Positions 8,335 to 16,685 of a DNA stretch of 64,000 nucleotides are shown here, piece after piece. Where the stretch lies: NCBI GenBank assembly GCA_039809865.1, contig JBDHVW010000036.1, positions 1,796-65,795 on the forward strand, given 5' to 3'. Numbering within the stretch: the first letter of the stretch is position 1; each line of letters opens with the position of its first letter. Both the position numbers and the translations under genes were made by a program. The notes under the pieces were generated by a model. It was not told the origin of the DNA, did not search any database, and saw nothing but the letters and a program-made list of their open reading frames with translations. Origin of the DNA: Vulcanimicrobiota bacterium. Its GTDB lineage: Bacteria; Vulcanimicrobiota; Xenobia; Xenobiales; QWHO01.

Positions 8335-10761
8335 TCAGCGAAAGTCACCCATCAGCACGAAAGCACCCCAGTTGAAGGGATGAGCCGTGGAAGGCTCCCG
8401 TAAGGTGGCCAGTTGGGCGGCCCGCAAAGCTTCCGACTTGGACTTGCCGGCTGCCAGCTCGCGGTAGAAACGCACCATCAAATCCCGCGTGGCGACGTCA
8501 TCGATCTTCCACAGGCTGGCCAGCACGCTCTGGGCGCCGGCCAGGCTGAAGGCCTCGGCCAGGCTTCGCAGCTGAGCTCCGGGAATGCGCTCTCCCAGAG
8601 CCGTCTGGCAGGCCGACAGCGTGGCCAGGCTGCGGGCGCGAACGGGCATGGCTGTCACCTCGCAGACCCTCAGCTTGTCGCCCTGCGCCAGCACGAGATA
8701 GCTCTCGCGCGGCTCGCGCGTGTTGATCACTCCGTGGGTGGCCAGGTGCAGGAGGTCTCCGGGCTCGGCCAGGGCCGCGCGCGAGGCCTCGCCGCCCACC
8801 ATGGCACGGCTGCCGGGGAAAAGTCCCGAGAGGGCCCGAGCCTCTTCTCCCGAGGCCGGCAAGCTGCCATCGGGATTGCCCAGAGCCACCAGCGAGCCAC
8901 GGGCCGCGGGGGACTCACTCAGGATTCTCTGCAGCTCGGCGCTGCGCGTCACCACCACCAGAGCCTGCCTCTCCACCAGGTAGCCCTGACCGGTCCGGAG
9001 AGCCGCCCAGGGCACGTACAGCAGGTTGCCGGAGGGAGCGATCACCAGGTTGCGGGCATTCTGGATGAGGGGCTCTACGGGTCCGAGTAAGGTTTGATAG
9101 AGCGCGCTCAACTCGGCATCGGCCGGGCGGCGGGCAACGATGGCGGCCCGGGCCGCCGCCAGTTGCACGCCCAGCTCTTCTCGCGAGCAGGGCACCTGGC
9201 GCACTTCCAGGCTGTGTTTGCGCACCACGAAGACGGACAGCTCGGTCTCGCCGGGTAAGAGCTGCACCAGGGCCACATCCTCGGGCAGAGCGCTCTGCAG
9301 CTTCTCGAGCTCGACGCCCCGCAGGGCCAGGCGATTGAGCCCGGGACTGGCCGCGCTCACGCGCTCGTAGGCCTGGAGCGCGGCTTGACGGGCTTGCGGG
9401 GTCGCCTTCCCCTGATGCTCGAGCGCGGCCAGACGGGCACTGGTCTCTCCGGCCGAGTCGCTCCCGGAGGCCAGGTCGCCCAGCTCGAAAAGGCAGGCCG
9501 ACTCGAGCTGTTGATAGCGCGACACGGTCAGGAACGCATCGGACTTCTTACCGGCTCCGAGCTGCAGGCGGGACAGCAAGTCGTAGACCTCGCCGGCCTC
9601 CGAGCGCAGGGCGTCGGCCGCGGCCGGGTTGCCGCCGGTCTCTCGCACGGACTGCTCGACCAGCTCGACGGCCCGGCTGGCATCGCCCAGGGCCTCAGGA
9701 CGGCGATTCTGAAGCTCGCGAAGCCGGGCCCGCAGCGTCAGGGCGCGGATGAGGTCGGGACGCGAGGATTCGACGCTGGGGGGAAGCGTGGTGAGCAGCT
9801 TGTCGGCCGCAGCCTGCCAGCCGGCTTTGCTGCTGTGAAAGAGAGCCATCAAAGTGGTGCGGTAGAGATCGTTGGCCAGGGACAGGCTGGCACGCGTGCG
9901 CACGACCTGGGAGGCCGACTCTAGCAGCGCCCGGACGCGAGCTGACTGGTCCGGGCTCAGCTGTCCGCGGGCGCTGCGGATCACCCGGCGCGCCTCGCTG
10001 AGCTGGATGCGGGCGTAGGGCGGTCCGACCGCGCGCTGATCGAGCTCGCTGAGGTCGGGGACCAACAGTCGATTCAGGGGGTCCTCGGGGCTCAGTCGGT
10101 CGGTCGTGGCCACCCTGGCGTCGAAGAATCCGAGCCAGAGGTCGTAGCCGGCCTTGCCGGCCCAGGCGCGCCCCAGAGCCGTGCCAACCTTGAGAGTGCG
10201 CTCGAGGCCGGCGGGCGCCTCGACGGGGAGCTCGTCGCCGGCCCTGACCAGCGCGTCGAGCCAGACTCCGAAGGCGCGACCATAGGCCCAGTGGAGCACA
10301 CTCCAGCGCTTGACCTCGTCGGCATCGGGCTCGAGTCCCTCCAGCGGGGCGAGAGCCGAGCTCAGGCGGGTGATGAGCTCGCGCCGGGCCTGCTCCGGGT
10401 CACGCTGACGAAGGGCATCGTAGTCGTATGTGGCGACCAGGAAGCGCGCGCTGATGCCGGCTGTTCCGCTGGCGCTCGGGGCAAGCCTGGTCGCCTGGGC
10501 CAGAAACTCGCGCTGGCGGGCGGGCAGGCCAGCCTGTCGAGCCGCCTCGACGCCTACCAGGGAAAGCTCCAGATCCAGATCGGGCGGCACGGGCTTCTGG
10601 TGGATCTCGTCGATCAATTGCAGGGCCAGGTCGGGCTGGTCCGTGAACAGCGTGGCTGCCAGAGGAACCATGGCCCCCAGCACTTCGAGACGTCGGTCCT
10701 CGCCCTGGGCCCGGGCCGGCCCCAGGAGGAGAATCAACAGGACCAGGACGCGGAATCTCAT
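8335..10761 (-). CDS. Secreted TPR-like/CHAT-domain protease (808 aa)
   Basis: Signal peptide MRFRVLVLLILLLGPARAQG; long alpha-helical repeat region; C-terminal CHAT caspase-like domain with the His (LHLATHGV) and Cys (LSACQT) dyad and the typical NWGAFVLMGD ending. Confidence 0.8.
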   Translation of the reverse strand: MRFRVLVLLILLLGPARAQGEDRRLEVLGAMVPLAATLFTDQPDLALQLIDEIHQKPVPPDLDLELSLVGVEAARQAGLPARQREFLAQATRLAPSASGTAGISARFLVATYDYDALRQRDPEQARRELITRLSSALAPLEGLEPDADEVKRWSVLHWAYGRAFGVWLDALVRAGDELPVEAPAGLERTLKVGTALGRAWAGKAGYDLWLGFFDARVATTDRLSPEDPLNRLLVPDLSELDQRAVGPPYARIQLSEARRVIRSARGQLSPDQSARVRALLESASQVVRTRASLSLANDLYRTTLMALFHSSKAGWQAAADKLLTTLPPSVESSRPDLIRALTLRARLRELQNRRPEALGDASRAVELVEQSVRETGGNPAAADALRSEAGEVYDLLSRLQLGAGKKSDAFLTVSRYQQLESACLFELGDLASGSDSAGETSARLAALEHQGKATPQARQAALQAYERVSAASPGLNRLALRGVELEKLQSALPEDVALVQLLPGETELSVFVVRKHSLEVRQVPCSREELGVQLAAARAAIVARRPADAELSALYQTLLGPVEPLIQNARNLVIAPSGNLLYVPWAALRTGQGYLVERQALVVVTRSAELQRILSESPAARGSLVALGNPDGSLPASGEEARALSGLFPGSRAMVGGEASRAALAEPGDLLHLATHGVINTREPRESYLVLAQGDKLRVCEVTAMPVRARSLATLSACQTALGERIPGAQLRSLAEAFSLAGAQSVLASLWKIDDVATRDLMVRFYRELAAGKSKSEALRAAQLATLREPSTAHPFNWGAFVLMGDFR

Positions 10762-10903
10762 GTCCGCGGGCTTCGGGACCCTGACTCGGTCAGCCTCCCG
10801 GGAGTCACGCGCCGGCAGTTGCAGACCACGAGCAGCCCACCCTCAACTGGCACCTCGTCGGTTGCGGAGGGAGCCGCGAAGGGTTCCTCGAAGATCTTCG
10901 AGG

Positions 10904-11644
10904 ATGGCGCGCAATCTGGTTTACCTCCGTCTATCCGCGATTGCCTTGAGCCTGCTGCTGGTCATTCCGGACTCCTTGATTCCTTTCTCCTACCGGTGGC
11001 CCGTGTTGTTGTTGGGCAGCGGCATTCTGGGGCTGTGGAGCCTGGTCGCCGGCGTTCTGGGCCTCCGCAAGGGCTCCGTCTCCGGCGTGATCTTGCTCGC
11101 CGTGGGCGGGATTCTCTGCTGGTTCACCTGTGGGATGGTATCAGACCAGGTGTCTTTCTCTCGGTGGACCGAGGTCCACGAGGCCATGCTCGAGGCGGTC
11201 CGCCAGGACGACGCTGTCACACTGGACGGCCTTCTGAGCCAGCATCCCGAGAAACGCTCAGCCCTGATGAAAGACCTTTTCCTGCAGGCGGTACGGGAAG
11301 GCCATCCAAAGGTCGTCGTCTACCTGCTCGATCACGGGATCGACATCAATGGCACGCTCGAGGAGCTCGGCCGACCCCCGATCCTGAACGTGGCCATCGG
11401 CCCGTCCATTGCGAAACCGGTCAAGGCCGCGATGATCGAACGCGTGAAGGACGTGGATATGCGCGCGACCAACGGCCAGAGCGCGCTGCACCTGGCGGCG
11501 GCCACGGGCGACCGCGATGCTGTCGCCCTGCTGCTGGCCCGGGGAGCCGATCCGAAGCTTGAGGATTACAACCACAAGACTCCCATCTTCGTCGCTCGCG
11601 AGCGCCACCAGGACGAGATCGAGCGGATGCTGGTGGGACGCTGA
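10904..11644 (+). CDS. Membrane protein with C-terminal ankyrin repeats (246 aa)
   Basis: The track ORF 10430..11644 overlaps the CHAT gene, so the likely start is ATG 10904 (MARNLVYLRLS...); three hydrophobic helices, then ankyrin motifs (GQSALHLAAATGDRDAVALLLARGADP). Confidence 0.7.
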   Translation: MARNLVYLRLSAIALSLLLVIPDSLIPFSYRWPVLLLGSGILGLWSLVAGVLGLRKGSVSGVILLAVGGILCWFTCGMVSDQVSFSRWTEVHEAMLEAVRQDDAVTLDGLLSQHPEKRSALMKDLFLQAVREGHPKVVVYLLDHGIDINGTLEELGRPPILNVAIGPSIAKPVKAAMIERVKDVDMRATNGQSALHLAAATGDRDAVALLLARGADPKLEDYNHKTPIFVARERHQDEIERMLVGR

Positions 11645-11684
11645 CATCAGAGTTCGATGATTGGCGTCGGTTTGGCCGGGACCG

Positions 11685-13358
11685 TCAACTCCGTTTGCGC
11701 AGACGCACTCCGTTGACGCTGACCGCCTCGGCGGAGTCTTCGATCCCCGAGCCGGGGCCCTTCTCGGTCAGGGCTCTCACGCTTTCGTAGACTTTCAGCG
11801 TGTCCACCAGCTTGGCGGGGTCGAAGGCCAGGAACGGGTTCAGCACGGCCTGCAGTTTCTCGTCGCGGGCCACGAGCTCGGCGATCAGGAGTTCGGCTAC
11901 TTTGTACCGGTCGAACTCCTCGGAGCCCTTCAGGGCGCTCTCCACGAATTGCCAGTCCGCGTCGGGGTGCTGGCAGGCGGCCTGCACGACCGAGGTTCCG
12001 CAGTCGGGGTGGTCCTCCATCTGTTTCCAGGCGATGGCGCCGGAGGGGCTGAGGTCCCGCAGGCTCTGAGCCAGCTCGTAAGCAAGCTCGCTCCGGTCCT
12101 TGGAATCCTGGACCAGCTCCAGCGCCTTGACTCCCGTGGCCTCGAGAGTGCCATTGCCCTCCAGCGCCGCCCGCGTGACGGCCAGCTTGCCCGGACCGCT
12201 GAATCCCATGCGGTAGTTCAAGAGCAGCGCCATCCGCCCGCCCGGCGTCTGAGGGTCGAGCTGTTTGGCCGCCTCCGCCGTCAACTTGCCGGAATCCTCA
12301 TTGAAGGAAGCGGAGCGCAGGACGCCCAGCCAGAACTCGCGGCCGTTCCTGGGCTCGGCCAGAATGCCGCGATAGAGCCCCGCGCTCGTGAACGTCGACA
12401 CGCTGTCGAGCACGGGCGCGGCGAACCGGGCCGCTGGCAGGTCCAGCGTGGCGACGACGTGCTCGGCCACGGTGATCGCGTCCGTCGTGTATCCGATCTG
12501 TTCGAGGCTTGCGAACATCGCTCGTCCCGCCACGCGCAGGTCGGGGTTGTCCCGATGCTTGACCGCTTCTCCCAACACCAGCTCCTGACTGGTGTCGTTG
12601 CCCAGGTGCGGCCAGAGGCGCAGCACCAGACCGGCCAGAGGGGTGGTCGCTTCCTGCAGCAGCCCGTAACTGGCTTTGGAGGCGTGCTCGCGATTCACCC
12701 GTCCGCGCACGGCCTGCGCCGCCTCCAGGCGGTCGTCGAACTCCAGGCGCGCCTGAGCCACGGCCGAGCGGGCCGCCGGATCGAGTGATGGCTGATCGTG
12801 AGCCGGACCGAGCAGGGTGTCGGCCAGCGCGATCACGGCTTCGTGCTGCTTGTCCGCTTGCAGCTTGCGGGCGGCCTCGAGGGGGCTGGCTGCGGCCAGG
12901 AGAACCTTCACCGGGCCCGGTCCGGCCGCGAGAGCCACCTCGCGCTCGGCACCGGGGTGCTGCAGAGCGAGGTTCCAGTCGTCGAGCTCTCTCAGGTCGA
13001 TGCGTAACGGTCCCTTGTGGGCCTGAGCTCCTTTGCGCTCGGAGTAGGCGCCGTAGGGCCCAATCTCGCCGGAAGCGTCATGAAACGTCCAGCCCGCCTC
13101 GGCCAGCGTCTTGAGACCCAGCGCCGCCGACGGGTCGCTGACCGGGGCCGCGCCTATGCCGGCGAAGAAATTGACCGCCTGCAGAGCAGCCTTATCGGGC
13201 ACGGGCAGCGAGCGGCCCGCCCACTTCACGCACACCCGGCCGGTCGAGAGCACGTCCTGCACCTCGTGCGCGGGTAAGGGATCCGCCTGCCGCATCAGCG
13301 GGAGACGCACCCTGCGCAACAATTCGAACTGACCGCCATGGATCACCATCGAGTCCAT
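11685..13358 (-). CDS. Hypothetical protein (557 aa), mostly alpha-helical
   Basis: Long ORF with consistent GC3 bias; the opposite-strand 375 aa ORF is Arg/Gly-rich shadow; no recognisable motif. Confidence 0.5.
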   Translation of the reverse strand: MDSMVIHGGQFELLRRVRLPLMRQADPLPAHEVQDVLSTGRVCVKWAGRSLPVPDKAALQAVNFFAGIGAAPVSDPSAALGLKTLAEAGWTFHDASGEIGPYGAYSERKGAQAHKGPLRIDLRELDDWNLALQHPGAEREVALAAGPGPVKVLLAAASPLEAARKLQADKQHEAVIALADTLLGPAHDQPSLDPAARSAVAQARLEFDDRLEAAQAVRGRVNREHASKASYGLLQEATTPLAGLVLRLWPHLGNDTSQELVLGEAVKHRDNPDLRVAGRAMFASLEQIGYTTDAITVAEHVVATLDLPAARFAAPVLDSVSTFTSAGLYRGILAEPRNGREFWLGVLRSASFNEDSGKLTAEAAKQLDPQTPGGRMALLLNYRMGFSGPGKLAVTRAALEGNGTLEATGVKALELVQDSKDRSELAYELAQSLRDLSPSGAIAWKQMEDHPDCGTSVVQAACQHPDADWQFVESALKGSEEFDRYKVAELLIAELVARDEKLQAVLNPFLAFDPAKLVDTLKVYESVRALTEKGPGSGIEDSAEAVSVNGVRLRKRS

Positions 13359-13391
13359 GGAACCAGAGAGCGCTCAAAAAACCACGAAAGC

Positions 13392-14000
13392 TCAGCGCTT
13401 GCCGTCGAAGACGTCGTCTGGAAGCATGAACGCGGTGCCATTGGTCAGGTCGATGTACACCCGGCCGATCGGGTCCTGGGTGATGCCCTTCATCGACTGG
13501 CCCATATAGCTCACGTCGGAAACGGGATACACATCGGCTGCGATGCACTCACTGCTGAATTGCCCGACGCCGATGTTGACTTGACCCCCCTGGGCCCGAG
13601 AAACGTGAGGCGCCAGGGCCTCCATCGCCTGCAAGGCGCCAAAACCAGGACCCAGCACCGACCCGATCAAGCTCCTCTGGGCCGAAGCGACGTTGCTCAT
13701 GTGACACGCAGCCAGATCGCCCTTCTCGAGCGCCTGCACCTCGCCATAGGTCCCGCCGCGATTGGCGATAGCCTCGGCTTCGGTCCGGGTGGCCTCCGGC
13801 AGTGAGTTGAAGCCCTGGACGTTGTGACCGATATTCAGCAGGTCGAGATGCATGCGCCTGAACGAGCCCGTCATCGAGCTGTCGACGGGAAGCTGGAAAG
13901 CGTTGGCCTGCACTTCGTCGCTCGAGGGCTCGTAGAAGCCCCGCTGCTTGCCCCAACTGCCGCTGCTGATAAACTGCTTGAACTCGGGTCTGATCGTCAT
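13392..14000 (-). CDS. Hypothetical protein (202 aa)
   Basis: Coding-like codon usage; the overlapping 372 aa minus ORF in another frame is shadow. Confidence 0.45.
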   Translation of the reverse strand: MTIRPEFKQFISSGSWGKQRGFYEPSSDEVQANAFQLPVDSSMTGSFRRMHLDLLNIGHNVQGFNSLPEATRTEAEAIANRGGTYGEVQALEKGDLAACHMSNVASAQRSLIGSVLGPGFGALQAMEALAPHVSRAQGGQVNIGVGQFSSECIAADVYPVSDVSYMGQSMKGITQDPIGRVYIDLTNGTAFMLPDDVFDGKR

Positions 14001-14151
14001 GACCCGATGATGCCATCGCGGCCGGAAGAAAGTCTGAAAGTCCGGCCTCGATCAGCTTTTCCGCAGCGCCAAGGCGAGGTCGACGCCTGTTCGGCAAAAT
14101 TTCAGACCTGGCGACCATGCTGTTGGGCGAACAGAACGATGTCAGGGGAGA

Positions 14152-14457
14152 ATGATGATGACGAACGACAAGCTTGCTATCGCCGGACCGGGAAGTTGCA
14201 TGGAGCTGCCCCGCCGCCGCCGCCGACAGGAGACGGAGGAGGCGCACGAGCCGACCGACCGCACCGAGATCAGCCAGGTGAGCCCCAAGCTCGAGGAAGC
14301 CATCAAAGCCGCCGGCAAGCTGGCGCAGCAGACCGGCTCCGAGGTGACCATCACGGTTGACGGCGTTACGGTGACCATCAAGCCCCAGGCGCAGGAGGAG
14401 GCGCAGAGCCGCCCGACGCGCAGACCGCCGGGCTGCTTTCCTGGCTTCGCGGGCTAA
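14152..14457 (+). CDS. Small hypothetical protein (101 aa)
   Basis: GC3-biased ORF sitting in a gap of the minus-strand gene string. Confidence 0.3.
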   Translation: MMMTNDKLAIAGPGSCMELPRRRRRQETEEAHEPTDRTEISQVSPKLEEAIKAAGKLAQQTGSEVTITVDGVTVTIKPQAQEEAQSRPTRRPPGCFPGFAG

Positions 14458-14972
14458 CCCAAAAGCTGGAGCTGTCCCTTCACCTTCGCGCGCACGTCCG
14501 CGTCCTCGTCCTCGAGCGCTTCCTCGAGCAGGGCGCGGGCGGTCGCAGTGCGGGTGACCCCGAGGGCCAGCGCCGCCGCGGCCCGGACCGCCGGCACCGC
14601 ATCGCCTGTCAGCAACGCCCCGATCTCTTCTTCGGCCAGCGTATCCCCGCCCAGGCGATAGGTGCACGTGAGGGCGCGCTCGCGAATCTCGGGGAGCGGA
14701 TCGCCATACAGGGCGACCAGCGTGGCCAGCACCTCGGGGTTGCTCACGCGCTCCAGCTCCGCCATCACGCGCAGGCGCAGGTCCTCGGGCGCTTCCGCGA
14801 CCTGAGTAGCGAGCTCCTCGAATTCCTCCTCGGAGAGCGACTCGAGATCGCCCGCCGTAAGCTTTTGCCAGGGCGTCCTCACCAGAAACTCATTCGATTC
14901 CAGAGGCCGGAGGCCGCGTTTCCAAGCGACGAGACGCCGTTCGAAATAGCGGAGCCGGCGTCGCTGGCCCAC
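14454..14972 (-). CDS. HEAT/PBS-lyase-like repeat protein (about 170 aa)
   Basis: Repeated helical units (ATLVALYGDPLPEIRERALTCTYRLGG; DAVPAVRAAAALALGV; EEALEDEDADVRAKV); the start probably lies downstream of 14972 because it overlaps the upstream gene. Confidence 0.55.
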   Translation of the reverse strand: MGQRRRLRYFERRLVAWKRGLRPLESNEFLVRTPWQKLTAGDLESLSEEEFEELATQVAEAPEDLRLRVMAELERVSNPEVLATLVALYGDPLPEIRERALTCTYRLGGDTLAEEEIGALLTGDAVPAVRAAAALALGVTRTATARALLEEALEDEDADVRAKVKGQLQLLG

Positions 14973-16462
14973 TGTCCGACCTTCTCTGCGCCCGCGGAGA
15001 CCGCGTTCCCGATGGCTTCACGGTTCTGATAGACGACCGCTCCGCCGTAAGCGATCGCGCCGCCCGCCACGAGGAACGGGTTGCCCGTCATCGCGCCGGC
15101 CATCATCACGGCCCCGGCGGTGCTCTTCACGCCGCCCACGACGGCCTGCTCGGTGTTGCCCGAGCGGACGCCCTGGATGACATCCCGGCCGCCGTCGATG
15201 ATGGCGCCCACGCCCCCGGCGCCCGCGGCCAGCGTGCCGGCGCCCGCCAGCAACGCGCCGCCCGCGACCATGTTGGCCGTGCCGGCGCCGACGTCGGCCG
15301 TGCCATCCACGACGTTGCCGTTGCGAAGCTCATTGACGCCGTTGGCCGCCTGCAGGCCGCCCCCGGCGAGGCCCAGCGCGCCTCCGCCGACGCGCGCGAC
15401 GGTGCCCAGCTTGCTGGCCGCCGTGGCTTCGGAGGCCGCGGCGTTGGCCGACTTGAGCGGGATGCGGGAGGCGTCATCGAAGGCGCCGCCCTGTTGCACG
15501 ACGCTCATCTGCACGGTGCGGCCGGCCGCGGGCTTGAGGCCCTCTTGCAGCGTGGACACGGGCGGATCGCCGCCCGGGATGTTGTAGGCTCGGATAATCC
15601 CATTGTTGTAGTTGTTTCTGAAGTTGTTGACGCCGCGGCTCAATTTGCCTTCGTGGGCCAGAAAGTCGTCGATGCCCTTGATCCCCTCGGGGATCTTGCC
15701 CTGCGCGCGCAGCTCCGCCACGCGCTCGGCGCCGAGCGCTTTGAACTTCTCGGGGGAGACGCGCGCGGCCACGTCGATGTCCGAGGCGGGGAGCCCGCCC
15801 GATTCCGGGGTCGCGCCGGTGAAGCGGAAGTCCCCGCCTTTGCTCGAGGCGCCGCTGGCCGAGGAGCCGTGCACCACGATCTCCTCGTTGCCGAGGCCCC
15901 GGGCGCTATAGATCCCGCGCACGTCGTCGGAGAACTGGCCGAAGTCTTGCTTGAGCCCGATCGGCCCGCCCTCGCGCATGTTCTTGAGGTAGGACTGGGC
16001 CAGCTCGCCCTTGTTCGGCACGTTGGGGGCGGTGTGCAGGTCGTCATGGAGGGTCTGCGTCAGACGCTCCGGCGACACCTTGAGGCGCCCGCTATCCTGG
16101 GCGGCCTGCAGGGCCTTGAGGTCCTCGGAGGAGGCCTGCAGGGGGTTGGCGCCCGGGGTCGCGCCCAGGCGGGCGGCGTTCTCGGAGGCGGCGGCCTGGG
16201 AGCCGTAGTTCTCGGCCAGCCCGCCCAGAAGGCCCGTCATGTTGGCCGCGCCCGCGGCATTGCTGTCGCCTTCGCGGGCCTCGCGGCTGACCGAGGTTCG
16301 GTCGGTTTTGGCGACCTCGGGGGGCTTGCTGACCTCTTTCGGTTGGCTGGTCGCGCGGTTGGAAGCGGTGTTGCTTGCGGGCCTGGGCGTGGAGGATTGC
16401 GCGGGCTTCGAGCTGCTCGCGGAGACCTTGGGTGCTTCTTTGACTGCCACGGACTCTCCCAA
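14879..16462 (-). CDS. Protein with a candidate nucleotidyltransferase motif and a C-terminal glycine-zipper region (527 aa); possible toxin or effector
   Basis: Low-complexity S/P/A-rich N-terminus; central VVHGSS...ASDIDVAARV resembles the minimal NTase hG[GS]...DhD signature with an insertion; the C-terminal 170 aa is a Gly/Ala-rich hydrophobic glycine-zipper (GGGALGLAGGGL...AGAGGVGAIIDGG...AGGAIAYGGAVV). Confidence 0.55.
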   Translation of the reverse strand: MGESVAVKEAPKVSASSSKPAQSSTPRPASNTASNRATSQPKEVSKPPEVAKTDRTSVSREAREGDSNAAGAANMTGLLGGLAENYGSQAAASENAARLGATPGANPLQASSEDLKALQAAQDSGRLKVSPERLTQTLHDDLHTAPNVPNKGELAQSYLKNMREGGPIGLKQDFGQFSDDVRGIYSARGLGNEEIVVHGSSASGASSKGGDFRFTGATPESGGLPASDIDVAARVSPEKFKALGAERVAELRAQGKIPEGIKGIDDFLAHEGKLSRGVNNFRNNYNNGIIRAYNIPGGDPPVSTLQEGLKPAAGRTVQMSVVQQGGAFDDASRIPLKSANAAASEATAASKLGTVARVGGGALGLAGGGLQAANGVNELRNGNVVDGTADVGAGTANMVAGGALLAGAGTLAAGAGGVGAIIDGGRDVIQGVRSGNTEQAVVGGVKSTAGAVMMAGAMTGNPFLVAGGAIAYGGAVVYQNREAIGNAVSAGAEKVGQWASDAGSAISNGVSSLGNAASGLWNRMSFW

Positions 16463-16580
16463 GTTTCAGGATTTGATCCCAGCCTAAACCCCGGCGCGAT
16501 TTTGTGCTTGCCAGGGTTGTGAACGATTTGTGAAAATTGTTGACTTTGCGATCCAGATGTTGCTGTTTTGTGTCGAGCAG

Positions 16581-16672
16581 TCGTTCCCTGACGCACCAAT
16601 CGCTCGTCTCGGGAACGACGTCGTTCCCTTCCCGCAGGAATCGTCATCGAAGGGAACGACCCCTCCGGCGGT
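16581..16672. repeat. REP-like palindromic intergenic repeat, copy B
   Basis: Roughly 85% identical to 7956-8047 by hand alignment; contains the perfect palindrome GGGAACGACGTCGTTCCC. Confidence 0.6.
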
Positions 16673-16685
16673 GGCGGACCGTCCC

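Noticed and set aside
8321-8375. Perfect AAGGAGG followed by GTG and a 14-codon ORF after the remnant's TAA
   Set aside because: The region is the 3' end of the CHAT gene on the other strand, and the peptide is too short to support. It is likely coincidental.
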